DNA of 64,000 nucleotides from Camelus ferus (GCF_009834535.1 NC_045696.1:84384001-84448000); one strand, 5' to 3'; positions 1 through 14,409 are shown, counted from the first letter of the stretch. Notes: generated by a model from the letters alone, not told the origin. Numbers and translations: made by a program.

Positions 1-130
1 TCTCAGTCTGAATTCCTCTGGCAATGATTCCTTTTTACATTATAGAGATTAAATGAGATAACACACATAAAGTTCTTTGCATGGTGCCTGCAAATAATAA
101 GTGCTCATTAAATGTTGGCTATTATTATTG
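1..130 (+). mobile_element. MIR SINE 3' fragment
   Basis: gagattaaatgagataa...catggtgcctgca..taataagtgctcattaaatgttggctattatt matches the MIR 3' end. Confidence 0.75.
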
Positions 131-1329
131 CTTGTTACTTTTATTATATTTTCACATCATCGTTTGTGAAAGAATGTTATATAGGGATTGTGAGCACAAT
201 ATTACATCTTTGTTGATTATTGAAGAAGAAATCATGGGCCCCCATTTCAGTCATTATGTAAATAGTACACTCTTCCCTTAAAGGATATTGAAGGACACTC
301 AGGGATCTCCGTGGCTGGAAGTTTCAAGAGCAGGGTAGACTCTTTATCTGTCAGTTGGTTGCCATATATCATTCTCAAAGCTCTGATGCTGCTTGAAAAC
401 AGACGAAGACATTAGATTAGCCCTACAAAGCTGTGCACCTTCTGGCCAAGAGTGGATACTAACCTGAATTGAGTGCTTCAGTATGTCAGCTTCACTCATC
501 CAGCTCTCTGCCCTTGGCCAAGTAGGGGGTACATAGGTAACAACTTGCTCAGGCAGGAATCATTTTTGTATACATGAACATGGCTTAAACATTTGACTGT
601 GTAAGATCCCTTCCAGCTTGATAACATTTGGAAGAAATAAGGCTTAGAGTCAAATGCTATAATTTTTAAGCAAGATGAAGGGGGGGATATGAACCCATCT
701 AAATAATTCAGACAGAAATATAAATGTCTGGAACTATCAACAAATTTAGGCAATTTATTCTGTCCTTCCAATGTGTGGATTTAAAGAAGGGACAGAGCCA
801 ATGGATCCCTTGGAGAAGGAGGGAGAAGCTCCTGGTGTTTAGATCCATTGCCCGCCACCAGCCCAAAGTGCTCACACTCAAAAGTGTGCTTCTAGAGAGA
901 CCGAGACTTAATGCTTGCGAAAATTATTTTCTTGGGATCTTATGAGCATTTTGGGTTGACAGCAGTAATTTATCCATTTGGAGAGGTAGGACTGCATTCT
1001 CTTTTAGAGTTAGGTTTGATACTAGAGAGTTAAGACGCTAAAATAAGACCTAGAAGAAAAGCTGGGAACTATTTGCCTTTTTATGGGGCTTGCTTAGGTC
1101 AGAGGCTCTGTGGGTGAAAGATCAGAGTATAGAAACTTATGTCTTGGATTATTCTGTAATCATAATCTCAGATATTCTGCCACATTGTTTGAGAATATGT
1201 GGTTTAAGTCTGGAAAATGCAGTCATATTAGGTAGAAGTGCTGATTCAATTAAGATGCCAGGTCAGAAGGAAAGGGTGCATATGGGCTGAGGTGGTGTTT
1301 GGGTCCGTAGGTGGTAGTGGTGACAATAT

Positions 1330-1560
1330 AGAATAGGGTTAAGAATATTGGATTTGATGTTAACCACACTGGGCTCAGGTTCTGCCCAGCCACTTCCCAG
1401 CAGTCTAAGCTTGGGAAATTATCTTCCTTTTTTTAAGTTGTAGACATAAAGTGGAGAAAATGAAAGTTCTTCATATTTTCAGGCGGGATTATAAAATAGC
1501 ACATTTTACACACTTAGAACAATGCCTGGCGTGTGGTTGGTGCTGATGGGGTTATCACCA
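1330..1560 (+). mobile_element. MIR SINE
   Basis: ggttaagaatattggatttg...ctgggctcaggttctgcccagccactt...cacttagaacaatgcctggc. Confidence 0.7.
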
Positions 1561-2029
1561 TCATCACCATCATCAGGGAACAGGGATTCATAATCACTAC
1601 AGGGGCAATGGGATTTTACTGGGAGATTTGTCTGAGAAGAAAGGAAATCTGAACTCTTTAACAATATGACACCTACAAAATATTTGGGCATTTCAATTGG
1701 AACTTTTCAGCGCCAAAAGTCATTTTGAGTTTTGTTGTTTCTTAACTAGCTTTTATTTTCTACGTGGATTGACCTATCAGTCTGTGTTGTTATTTTTAAA
1801 TTTAGTAAAAGGTGCATTCTGTTGTTTGAACTTGATACAGAATGGGCAAAACATCTGAGTTGTAGTATTCCTTATATTGTATTGCTTACTCCACATGTAA
1901 CCATTTCAGTAGGCATTTGGTACAGTCACCAGCCAATGATCTTTTATCTTCTCTACTTTCAGCAACATCAGAAACATAATCCAGTGTAATGACTGCCATG
2001 ATACGCATATGGTTTTTAAATTATTTCCA

Positions 2030-2228
2030 TGTCTATTAGCAAACTGCTGTGCAAGTTTTACTCTCTCATAACACTACTTTGAGTTCCATAGCTGTACTTA
2101 TACCCTTTTTACAGATGTTGAATGAGCCTCAAGGGGTTGAAAGCTCTGCTCAGATCACAGTGCCAGGAAGTGGCAGACCTGGGTCTTCAACTTAGACCCT
2201 CTTCCACAAAGTCCTGCACGCTCTTCTC
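2030..2228 (-). mobile_element. MIR SINE
   Basis: ccttttttacagatg...gctcagatcacagtgccaggaagtggcagacctggg is the reverse-strand MIR core. Confidence 0.7.
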
Positions 2229-2748
2229 ACTTTTCAGTGGAAGATTATATAGTGCAGTCTTTCAAACAGGAGGTATGCTTACCAAAGAAAGCCATGCTGC
2301 TGAATATTAAAACTGCTAAATTGGACGTGTGGTGTGACAGATGCTCTAAAATGGCGGCTATTATGACTGCAGTCTTCAGTCAATAGTGCAATTTTAACAG
2401 TAGCAGGGCTGCCATAATCCATGTTTAAAAATAGAATTAGAAAAACAATATCTATATATAAAGAAGGCTTGTGGTACACTGCTTACAAAGGAGAATTCTT
2501 GGACTTCATTGCTCTACTGGACTCTATCTTGCTGTGAGATCTTTGGCTCCACACTTGATTGACTTGTACCTCAGTCAATCCAGATGGAAAAATGGGGAAA
2601 AAGCCAGAACTCACGAAAAACCAGATGCTGCATCTGAGCTGTGATTTCCTAAGTAAATGAATTACAAAACATTGTTGAAAAGAGTATGCTTTTAAATATC
2701 TTGGCAAGACTCAGTCTTGTCCCATGTTCAAAAAATTATATTTAGATT

Positions 2749-2792
2749 AAAAAAAAAATATATATATATATATATATGAATATATGAGAGAG
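2749..2792. repeat. A-run/(TA)n/(GA)n microsatellite
   Basis: Directly visible. Confidence 0.9.
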
Positions 2793-3543
2793 AGGTTATA
2801 AATTCTATGTGGCAATAATTTGAGCGTGATGGCAATTATAACTCAGAAAAGAAGTGACTTTGCTGTTGTTGAGCTCCTTTGTGAGACAGGTGTTTAACAT
2901 TTGCTTTTTTTTTGGGGGGGGTAAATTTGTACTGCTAGAAACTACCTTTGTGGAAGTATTTAGCCTCTGCTAACATATATAGAAAAAAATAATAATTAAG
3001 GCACTTAACATGAATTATGTGCTATTTATCATCAAGAAATGTATTTCTTAGCAAGGAAAATAAAGGAGCAAATCAAACTCAGAGGAAAAAGGAAACCTAT
3101 TACTTTCAACAATAGAACTTTAGGAGAATTTGGCACGTACAGATCACACAGATGATAAGGACAAACACAATTCCAGTGTAGAAAAGTCTGTCATTAACAC
3201 ATGACACTAAAATCTAGCTGCTTTTATCTTTCTCATGTCTACACTGGGAACACTGGAATATAGTAAATGGAATTAGAGGAAAATTGTTGAACGCAATGGA
3301 AATTCAAACCACTTAAGTTCCAGGCCTAGAGGCGTGCTGACAGTGAAATCCCAGACTGGACAAAAATAGAACTACCACCTACAGTTTGAGTTACATGATA
3401 CCAACCAGAGATTCTGTGAGGGAAAAAGCAGGAGAGAATTTTGTCTTCAGGGCGGCTGCCTCTGTGGGCTGAGAGTTCCTGTGTAAGCTGGTGTGGCAAT
3501 GGGAGGCTGGTGATGGCTCAGGAATAATTCAAGAATTCCAAGT

Positions 3544-3679
3544 GGGAGGGTATAGCTCAAGTGGTAGAGCAAATGCTTAGTATGCACGAGGCCCTGGGTT
3601 CAATCTCCAGGACTTCCTCTAAAAAATAATAAATAAGTGACCTAATTACCCCCCCAAAATTAAAAAATCAAAAAAAAAA
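3544..3679 (+). mobile_element. tRNA-Ala-derived SINE (camelid Vic-1-like)
   Basis: Head gggagggtatagctcaagtggtagagc...gcacgaggccctgggttcaatctccag resembles tRNA-Ala with A and B boxes; A-rich tail; degenerate TSD aagaattccaag / aggagttccgag. Confidence 0.85.
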
Positions 3680-4039
3680 GGAGTTCCGAGATCCTAATAC
3701 ACGAGTTTAGAGTAACATGCTAGAGAAATTCCTAAATCACCAAAACACAGTTTTTGATGTCTGTTCTCGTTTCATGGGAAGAACCATTCTAGTTCAAATC
3801 ACAGTTGTTCTCCGTGCATCTGCTCTGTCCTTCATCCAAGGTATACTCCACATGCAGACAAGTTCAACTGAAAATACGAATCTAATGTGTCATCCCCCTG
3901 CTTCCCATGGGGTAACTCAAGCCCTGTTATCGCAGCTTCCAAAGCCCCGTCTGGTTCCTACCTTCCTCTCCACTCTCATCCATGTCTAGACTGTCCCTGC
4001 CACTTCCTCTTCCCTTTCCATCATCTCTGACTCCTGCAT

Positions 4040-4352
4040 CCATCTTCCATAATTCCCCTTTACCTTCTCTCCTCCGCTGGAAATACCTCATTCTCTGCTC
4101 TTGCACAACGCAATATGAAGGCTTCTCCCGGTCTCCTTAAGAAGGTCAATCTCTTTCCCCAAATCTCTCATTTTAACACTTGGAAATACTTGTCATCAAT
4201 GTCAGTTGAAATTCATTTGCATGATTATTTAATTTAAGCAATATCTCTAAGCCTCCTCTGGATTCTAAACTCTATGAGAACCATGTCTTTACTGCCTACT
4301 CAGTGTCACTTAGAAACACTGGTTGAACAATGAATGAACAAATGAATGAAGA
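4040..4352 (+). mobile_element. L2 LINE 3' end
   Basis: ctggattctaaactctatgagaaccatgtct...ttgaacaatgaatgaacaaatgaatgaa tail. Confidence 0.7.
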
Positions 4353-5959
4353 AATAGAACCATATGTAATACAGTATGTTTGAATGAAAGTCAAATGCAG
4401 TCACAGAGCAGTAATTGTACAGGTGATTCAATCAACATACGATTTGGGAAGGACCTCTTTAAGAATAATTATATTTTCCAGTTGATGTATAGTTAATTAG
4501 CTGGCACAAAAAAGGAAGCTGAATTGTTTGCTTATCAGCTAAAATCTATAGGCAGTGTCAGAGCACTGCTTTAGAAAAAATCCTTTCTCCCTTCAAATGC
4601 TTTATGTAGGTGTAGTGACAAGATTGCAGCCTGTTTTCATCTTCTTTGCAGACTATGTCATACAGCAGAAATAGAAAATGCTTCATGTTTGGTGCTCTGT
4701 CTTGTGGGATCTGTATTGCTGATGATATCTGAAACACACATGACAATTCAGACACCAACTGTGCAAGACATATAGGTACCTTCCCTCAATGGGAGATCTA
4801 GTTTGTTGTGTATATATATATATCCCTCCATTCTTAGGTCAAGTGAAATGTGACTGAGACCAGATGGCACTGATTTCCTTCCTATTCCTTGCCTTACATT
4901 ACAAAGCAAAAATGTCCCAGTGGTAACCAGAGTCCCGATCTCCTTGGAGAGAGAGAACTTATTTGGAAGAACCGTTTACTTTGGCTTGTGTGCTCCTAAA
5001 CCCTTGTGGCCAGCCTAGTTCGAAACACTCATGGATGCTTCCATTTACTGAATAATTACTCGGTCCTGCATAATGATTTTTTCCCTGTCCTTTGAAAAGG
5101 AGTATATTTCTTGAGAAGGCTCCTGGGATCCTGACAACCATAATGAAGTTCAATTTTATTTTTCAGAGGATGTATTTCCTTTCTTTTCCTAGAACTTCCT
5201 TCTTCAGTGGTCTTTATAGCAGAATACAATAGCCAGCTGCTCTGTCCCAAGAAGTCTTCCTCATCAGTAAGCCTGTCCTCGTGGCCCTCTTTTATACCTG
5301 ACATGCACACAGGTGGGTCCTAAACAAATCCCTAGGTCTCACACAGATAGGCTCCTGCTCTGTTAAATTCCAAGCGTGTATCTCACGGTGACTAATGGTG
5401 GAGGGAGTGGGGTGGTCGTAAAACCACTGAATCAACCACCAGAAAACCTGGGTTCCAATTCTGGCTGTGGGAAGTTCACCAGATACAGGACCTATTACAG
5501 TCCCTGACACAAAGTGAGAAAAGTAACTTATCATTAACTAACATAAGGATCACTTTACTTGTCTGTCAAATTACCAACTTTACTTCAGTGACTAAAATGC
5601 TGTAAGCCTTGCCAGTAAATCTAAGAGTGAATGGTGCTGGACGCTGGCAGCTGGAGGGCTGTAGCTGACTCTTAAGTGGCAAACAGGGAGGAAAGTCCTT
5701 CACTCAGTTTGAGGTGATTTTGAAAATCAGCAAAATGAATGAGAGAAAATTATTTTGCTCACAGACAAATTAAATTAGGTGACATAATTTAACTTGGGGT
5801 CCAGCTAAGTATTAGAACAGGAGAGCTATAAAAATAATTACGTACTGTATACGGACGGCCACCAGTTTACAACCTGCACGTCTTTGATCACGCGACCGTT
5901 TTTCGTAGCCATAGTAACCGGGGATGTGTATCCCTCATGAGGCAGCCTCTTCACCTTGG

Positions 5960-6418
5960 GTGTGCCAGCCTCCCTGGTCTTCTTTAAATTCCTCAAAAGC
6001 ACATAGCTCCTTTAATGTCTTTCCACATGCTAATCTCCCCTGCCAGGAAAATCTCCCCCTAACTCACAGTCATTCTCCCTACCTAATTAAATCCTATTTC
6101 CCTTTCAATTCTCAGCAAAAATGCCACTTTCCCTAGAAGGTCTTTTCAAATGACCTCAGACAAAATCAGGTCCTCTCACTCTGGGCTATGGCTCCTTATG
6201 GTTTTCCTTCATAGTAATTAACTTTACTTTAAAGCGTACACCCGATGATCACTTTATACAGTCTACTTTCCACTCCTCTGTGCAAGACAGAAAGCCCCAT
6301 CCAGGCGGGGCCCCTGCGTGTCCCTCACCTGGTCATCTGTCCACGGATGCCTCACACACAGGGCCTGGTGGATAACCGGCACTGAAGAAGTTTTTGCTGG
6401 ATAATTGTATGAATGAAT
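5960..6418 (+). mobile_element. L2 LINE 3' end
   Basis: tctttccacatgctaatctcccctgccaggaa...tctcagcaaaaatgccacttt...ends in tgaatgaat. Confidence 0.7.
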
Positions 6419-9400
6419 TCCAGAATCCAAAGTAATGACAATATCAGAATATTTTAATATTCTGCTGTTTTGTATAGCTGCACACTGTTACGTAGCACTC
6501 ATATATTTTAATCCTCAAACTGAGGAATAACTAAGTGAATTCAGAGGCCAAAACCATTTCACAAACCAGACCATTTCAGCAGTGGCTTTCTGTACAATGT
6601 GTCAGGTGGTAACTTGCTTTGGCTGGTATGTCTTTCAGAGCTCTTATGTTTTGAATACCTATGAAATATCAGTAAAATGGATGTTTTGGATCACAGCTGA
6701 GGCTCTGATATTTGGAAGGATTTGCTGACTTTGAGAGAGCAGGCCTCCAACCAGAGAGATGCAAGAGGGGGCAGTTCAGAGAGGGGAGCCCCAGGCACCG
6801 AGCCCACCGCCCCTGAGGAAGCAAAATCTAAGTATGAGGCAAGGACACAGGATCAGTCACACACTAGAAATGAAATGGGAAGTTCAAGTGTCAGAATAAC
6901 TGTTGGACCAGGGTGCCAGAGGAGGGAGAAGTGAGCAAATACGGGATCTAAATATAGTCAATGGGGAAAAGGCAGGCACGAGCCTTTTGAAAAGTTTGGA
7001 AAGTTCGGAAATCTAAAATTATGATTTTGTTTGCTTCCTTGGGTCATATCCAGCTGGATTTTCCTAGGTCTTGACCTGCCATGCACTTGTGGCTTTGAGG
7101 AGTCCAGTTGTGTCCTAAAGCCCATTTTCTGAGTTATGTGTGATAGCCATCGGAAAAAAAGAGGTTGAGTCATATAGGTAATTCCTAATTTCTGCATGAT
7201 TTTCCAGCTCCTATCTCATCAATATAAACCTGACATAGAATCTCAGGTTGGATTTGTTATCTAGTGATCTTTGAAAAGAAGTGATACAAAGTCATTGCAA
7301 ACAGGTTTGAACTTTTATAATGAACAGTGAAGTAGATCGAGTGTCATAGATTCAGAACCTGAGTCACTTTTGTGAAGTAATGTTCCTTTTAAAAAACTTT
7401 TCAACTTGCAAAATGCATACTATAATACAACAGACCCCTCGTGAATCCATCTCAAGCTTCAAAATGTATCAGAGTTTCATCATTTGTGCTTCATTTAGTG
7501 TTTTCATTAGCGTTTTCTTTGGGATGCACTGGGATCTTTGCTGTGACCAGTGTTAAGCACGAGTGGAGCCGCCGTGTGAAGGGGGATTTCTTCCTCTGTT
7601 GTAAAGAAGGCTCCGGAGGGTTGGACTGCAATGAGCACAGTGCCTCTTAGATGAAGGCAGTATTAAGGGATTTTCTTCAAAAGAAAGAGCCTCTGACATT
7701 TTGAGTCACGTACTTCTGAAATGTGTGATGCCAGGGGCAGAAAAGCAGAGGTGTTGCTTTTGGTGAAGCAATATCCTCCCTCGTAAACACCAATTCCGTG
7801 CATATAAAATAATAAAACAGTATGAATCATACCTGTTTCTAAGCATTAAATCTGTTCCTGCAAAGCGAAACACAAACTCCAAAGTCTGAAAGTAATGCTT
7901 TTTTTGTGGAGGAAATATGTTTGTTCTAGCTATCATCCATCTATTCATCTACGTCTAGCTATCTTTAAGACAAAATCTGTATGGAGCCCTCTAGGACATC
8001 AGTATTCCAGGGATAATTTCCATGTTTTGGAATATCTCATTCCAACTTTCTTTCGTACCTCCCTTTGCCAATGAACACAAGCACAGTACTAGCAGATGTT
8101 TTGTAGGGGTCAGTTTAATTTAATTTGACTTCTTGAATGAATGTCTTTCCTTTCTCAACAGGACTCCCCCCTACACTTGCCAGCCTCCGCACTACCACAT
8201 AATTCACTCCCATGGCGTGAAGTTACATACCCTTCCGTACAAACCAACATGATGATGATGGTGACGATGATGACAACAAGGACACCAATATCATAATCCC
8301 CTTTCCCTTTGATCTGTTTTGTAAGGGAAATACTGTCAATGAAAAAGTATTTATGATACAGACTCTGAAAGTTTCCTTTCCGCTAACACAAAAGACTTTG
8401 CTGTACTGCTTTGCATAGCTTTCACTACCACTTAGAAGTTATGCTGAGTACCTGTCACTGTGGGACATGTGGAAGCCCTACAGGAAAGGGAGCTGTTTCA
8501 ATAGGTTCCACTCAAAGTGACATTTTTCTCTTGAACATCCCTGTTGCGGTAGTGACCCTGACAAAAAAGGAAGATTATTTCCATTCCTGTTCTTTTTAAC
8601 TGAGGTGCAGGTGGAATAATTTATGGACATGAGCACAAAGGAATTAAGATCTTTTTCCTCTCAGATCAATCTCTGCAGTCAGAGGAGATAGATATTTGGT
8701 GAATTAGAAATAAAAGAAGGTCTCATTTACAATTTATTTCACACAAAGATCAGTATTCACATTGTCCCTGTCCTCCCCCCGCCTCTAAGCACAAAGGCGT
8801 ATTTGTTCAAATTATTTTAAAGAGGCTAGGAAGATTTTTTGCAAAGTGTAGTAATCTGTAGTAATGGATTATAAAACGTATGATGAGACATTTTGAAAGA
8901 AGTTGTGAACACAGTGATTATTTATACTTGACTGCAAATGCTGATCTTCTAAAAATTCAAGTATTCGCCGATCCTCAAGAAGGAAATAATTACTTCTATT
9001 TGGAATTAACATGACTAACTTTGCTTGAAAAACTGCCATGAGCTAGACTTCTCACGAAGCATACGCTATAAGCGTCTATAAATTAGACCCTCTGAGATTT
9101 TAGGGAACTTATAAAAAAGATTTTGTGTTGGAAACACTAAACTTCTTTCTCAAAGCTAGGAGTTTTAACGTACCTTACGTCAGAATATTAGAAAAGAAAA
9201 AGAAAGCAAGAAAGCTCTCTCAATTTTTCTTTATTCCTTTCTGTAGATGTCACTGTAGCATAGCAAAAAGAAAGAAGGCTTTTCTTCTGAAAATATATGA
9301 CTTCTACATGCAAATGAAACAACGTGGTGATTTGATTTATTACGCCAGGGTTGTCATATCAACAATAAGGTTTCCAAGCAACTAGCAGAATAAATTATTT

Positions 9401-11249
9401 TATAGATTTATTTGCTTAGCCTCATAAAATGGACCAAATGAAAGATACTTCCTTGAACCCGTGATTAAGTGGTAATTAAAAAATGTCATTACACAGAAAT
9501 TATGCATTAAATTCACATTATTAAGAAGAGTTCAAAATGAATCATGTGAATGGAATCAATGCCAAAAGACTTAATGAAGGTTTGCTGCTTACAAGGAAGC
9601 ATTGTTGTTTTAGGTTAATGTATTTTCGATAATTGGCTTCCAGGGTCCATACCATGATCTGCAGAAAGTTGTTCCAAATTTACTCTCCAAAGGTGCTAAT
9701 GTATGCAGCCTTCACCACTACTGTGCCCTTTACACACTCTTCAGAATGACCTCCTCACAGAACCCTGGTGTTCGTTCTACTAGAAATAGTGCCTTCGAAT
9801 CCTCTACACATGCAAACAGCGTGTGCCAGTTCTTACAAAAGACTTCCCCACAGTGACTTGAACATATTAGAAAATGAAGCTTTGCCCTCAGGACATTAGA
9901 AACTTGTTAGACATTCACAATCCATATTCTCATCATCCTTGCGGAGTTTAAACACTTTCATTGCTATTTTTGAGCAGCTTAGGAATGTACTGGGGAAAAG
10001 CCTGTCCTGCATGTAACAGAGCTGGTCTTCATGCAGCCTCTTTTCTTCTATTAAAACTTTCTCCAGAATTTCTGATTTGCTCAAATTGCTGATGTTATGA
10101 AAAAACAAGCAAACGAACAACCCAGCCCCCCCCCCCCCATACCAAACTTCTCAGCTTAGGCAAGGGAAGCAAAAACCTACCATGCGGGCCCCAGGATAAG
10201 GTATTTTGTATCTAGCTACCACTGACACATCTGTTGGTGGAGAAAATTCTTAGTGCTTATAGAAAGCTTCCCTTTCCCTTTGCTTTGCCAAGAGTGGGTT
10301 TCCTCTCATTTTGTTTGGATTCCTCTGGAAATACTATTTCTTTCAAAAACCCATAGGCAGTATGTAGTCGAAGAACCAGGGGGCAAAAAACTTACACTGA
10401 AAAATTTCTAAGCAAACTACAGCATTCAACTGGATTGTATTATTTGAAACATTTGAGGAAAATATAGTTATACTTTTCTGAGCAATGTGTGATGGGGCAT
10501 TTTCTCTGACCGATTCAGAAGCATCTGCTCCATTATTACCAACATCTTTTATACCCTGATAGACATTTCAGAGAGTCAGCTAGTGGAAGGAAAATATTTC
10601 TCCCTTCAAATGACACTGTCCTAATGCTATTAAGCTTGCAGCACCATTGCCAAGTTGTGCTGCTTCTGCACCTGAGTCCAGCTTTAGACAATGAGTGTTT
10701 TCTTCTTTTTTGTTTCATTTTATTCAAGTCACCATTGCCTCAGAAGAAAGGAAAATCAATTTTGAGATTCATGGCAGTGCTACACACACGCAGGCTTTAC
10801 AATAAACATCCCCCTGCACCGCGCTTGTTTTCTCGTTACCTGTCAATGCTCTACTTCATTGCTTCTCTATCTTATTTTCAGTAGCATGCTCTTAGGCAAA
10901 TGTTCCTTATTATCTTTCTGGAGAAGTCAATCCATTTTCATCTTCTCCTGTCACAGAAAACAAATGGGCAAATTTTCAAAGAATCTTACTCAGGCTAGTC
11001 TTTTTTTTTTCCCCTTTCCTTTTTCTATGAAATTTTTGTTTGTAAAACCATGTGTTTGACTTCTTAACTGAACTCACAAGTGGCCACATGTGCTTTCCCA
11101 GAAACAGATAATATGGGGTTATAATTATCTCTGTGAAATAGGTAGGTGATTTAAAAATGCAGAGGGAACATTTCCTTTTTTTTTTTTTTTTTTTTTTTTC
11201 TTCCCCAGCATGATTTCCTTTAGGTCTGGAGGAGGAAAAACCATCTTGA

Positions 11250-11415
11250 ATGCTTGTCAAAATTGAACGTACGTAACAATCACCTGGGGATCTTGTTACA
11301 CGTTATGTTCTGTTTCTGAAAGTCTCCGGAGGGCGGGGGGCCTGAAAGTCCCTGTTTCTAATCAGCTTCTATGTGATGCCCATGATGCTGACTTACAGAT
11401 GCACATGGTGTATCT
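11250..11415. mobile_element. MER5A-like hAT-Charlie DNA transposon
   Basis: aatcacctggggatcttgtta...gggcctgaaagtccctgtttctaatcagcttctatgtgatgcccatgatgctg. Confidence 0.7.
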
Positions 11416-13392
11416 GGGTCCTGGACCATTCCTGCCTTGCAGGTGAAGAAGCTGAAGTCTAAAAGCTAGACAGATGTACCAAATGTCTTCTTCCAGTTTG
11501 TTACTTAATCGTCTTAGAATTTCAGTGTGCCAAAGCAAGGAAAGAGCTGCATTTTCCTGTGCAGGTTACATGAAAAGAAGGCTGGATGTCAACTTTCCTG
11601 GGCTTAGAACCAGTTTCTTTTCCCCTTCTCTGTGTAAGCGGTTTAAGATCTCCTCACCATGAGTGTTTCCATGTTTCTTCACCAATAAAATTCACATAAA
11701 TGAAAATCAAAATATAGTATCTTCAAAACTTAAAGCTATCATTTTCTTTTACTCTGAGAGACAGGGGCTTGGGGAAAATAAGCAAATTTATCTTCAAGTA
11801 ATAACAAGTCACTTGATAGCAAAGGCAGGAATATTTAACACCAAGAATTCATGGTTATGTTTTAATGTAAGCTTTTTTTTTAAAAAAAAAAATGAGCTTT
11901 CCAATAGTAAAAATAAGTGCAATTAAACAGATGGAATAAGACATGGATGGTGCAGCAATTAATTTTCTTTGATGATTCATTTTGCTATCAGGGAAAATCC
12001 AGTAATTTAAAAGCATGAATGTTGTTCTCTGTGTCAATTAAAGGAAACCCTGTCCTTTTGCGGAAAAAAAAAAAAGTTCTTAACTGAAGAGAGTCTGCTT
12101 TTGACACCTTCTCCCATCTCCAGTATTTTCAGCTATGGAGAGGCAAATGTCTCCTTCCTCTCATGTTATTCAATATGCATCCTCTCCAAAATGTTCTGGT
12201 TGGTCAATGGGGATAACTTTTTCAGATGAAGTAGAAATCCCCATTTTGGCTATGATATGTAGGGTATATTAGGACTTTGCACCCAGGGAACTTTGGTAGT
12301 TGGCATATGTTCCATCATTAACACACAATCTTGGTTCTGAAAATGAAAAAATAGTAAGTTATTACAATTTCCATTGTGAATAATTTGTCATAGTGAATAA
12401 AAATTCCTGTACGTGGGTCATGTGGGTTCATAAGCAATAATGGAAGAAAAAGTGGACTTTGGTGAGTGGAAACCAAGATACACAGACAAACACTAGGAAT
12501 GAGGTGCAGTTCAAAGGTGAGTTAGCAGCCTTGCAGCATTGCTAGAGCAGGCTGTCCACGTAGGAACAAGGTACCAGAGAAAAGGGAAACCTCAAAATAG
12601 GGTCTCTTTGGCCCCCCACAGATCATTCTGAACCATCCTTATTTAGCAATTACAAACAAATGGCTTTCCTAAGGTGGAGTGGGAGTCTTGAGCATCAAAT
12701 AGATCAGAAAATGTCCCTTAATTGTATAAAAATTGTGTGTATCAGTGTGGTTTACCTTGGAGAAGTCTGTAATTTTCAATGATCCTTAAAGGGGCTCATA
12801 ATTACAAAATATTAAGGCCCGGTGCCTTTTAGTAAAATGCATCAACTCACAAGGGTTGGTGAAGAAACTCTCCTTGGCCCCAGATATATTTTAACTCAGT
12901 GTTCTAGATAATTCTTCTCTGCAAAGAATCGCAGACAGATGTATCTTCTTTTACAGAGAAGAGTTTTACTTGGTGTCTGGGGCCTCGGGCCTTTTCTATT
13001 TAACTTAAGATAAGCCAGATCAGTTCTTAAGAAACTTTATTTTAAAATGTTTTCTATGGAAATTGTGAGTGTGAATTTTAGAAATGTGGAAAGAATTATT
13101 AATCTTTCCAAGTTCTATGAATATGAGACATTTTACATGTTGTCCCTGTAAATTTAATGAAGCCAAAAAGTAGAGTTTTTATTTATGAAGTAGAAACATA
13201 GACAAATTAAAACAGAAAGTAAAATAGAGCTTTGAATATAGTCTTTTCTGTCTAATTATAATTTATTAGCCTGATTTAGTTGAATAATTGAACAGCAAGG
13301 AAATACAGCTCTTTTTCAATGTTAATATCTCTTTTTCTAGAGAATCTGCTTTGTGGTTTGTGTTTCTTATTGCCTGGTTCGACCCAGTGCAG

Positions 13393-13700
13393 CCCATTTA
13401 TTCATTTATTTGTTCAGCAAATATCTCTTAAAAGCAAACTAGAAGCTTAACATTGTTTTAAACTCTTAGCGGGTAGGGAAAGTAACATTCCAATAAGCAA
13501 AATACACCACTTCACCCTTGGAGTAGCTTTCAGTTGACTTACGGGGAACACCCTATGTTAAATAACCACATGTGGCAGAAAGTGTCTGATTGCCATTTCA
13601 ATGCTACAGAAAGAAAGTGTAGTGGGATTCACAGCAGTTCTGGAGGCCTGCAAAACAGCTGCCTGACTTAGTGAGGAGATATGCTCGTGTTTGGAGAGTG
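13393..13700 (-). mobile_element. L2 fragment
   Basis: cattcatttatttgttcagcaaatat-type reverse L2 terminus followed by degenerate L2 body. Confidence 0.55.
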
Positions 13701-14104
13701 TACAACATTGATCACCATGTGAAATGTGTGTTGTTTATTTCTCTGTTGTTGGCTGATTATGTTCCTCTCATAAATGACCAAACTTTCATATTTCTGTTTC
13801 TGAATCTGCGAAAGGGGCACCAAGGGAGGGCATCCTTCTTCCTGATGTTAGGAGTGATAATTAGGGAGTTGATTGTGTAACAAATCTGCCATGGAGATGG
13901 CCCCCAAAAGGCTGCCATCTTCACAGGATGAACTGGAATTAACCACATAAGACTTTTGTATTTCAATTTTCTCATCCACGAAGTGAAGATATCATTTATA
14001 ATTGATATAAATGCACACATACACACTAATATCTAGTTTAACTCCATAATAAAATGTATATTACTAGAATGTCATTTCAGTTATGATCAATGGATCCTTT
14101 CATG

Positions 14105-14330
14105 TTTTTTGTTTATTTATTCATTGGTTAAACCCATAACTAACTTTTGAGTCCCCACATTACTGGGCACTGGGGATATAGGTGATTAAGCCAGGCATAT
14201 CTCTGCTCTCACAGACTCAGCTTTTAGTCAGAAAAAAATTTGGTAAGAATAATTGCTGTGGAGGAGGAAAAACAGAATACTAGGTTAGAGAGTTGGGAAT
14301 GGGGATAGAGTTGGGAGACTGGTTTAAACA
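14105..14330 (-). mobile_element. L2 fragment
   Basis: ttatttattcattggttaaa...ctgggcactggggatata...tctctgctctcacagactca. Confidence 0.6.
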
Positions 14331-14409
14331 GTTTTTTAAGAGATGTCCCTGAGATTGTGTGGTCCTAAAACAGAGGATGTTCTCTGTATTTTCACAGGGA
14401 GATCTCTGA

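Noticed and set aside
3544..3617. Functional tRNA-Ala gene
   Set aside because: Anticodon arm and acceptor stem are disrupted; it continues into a SINE tail with an A-rich end and has no T-run terminator.
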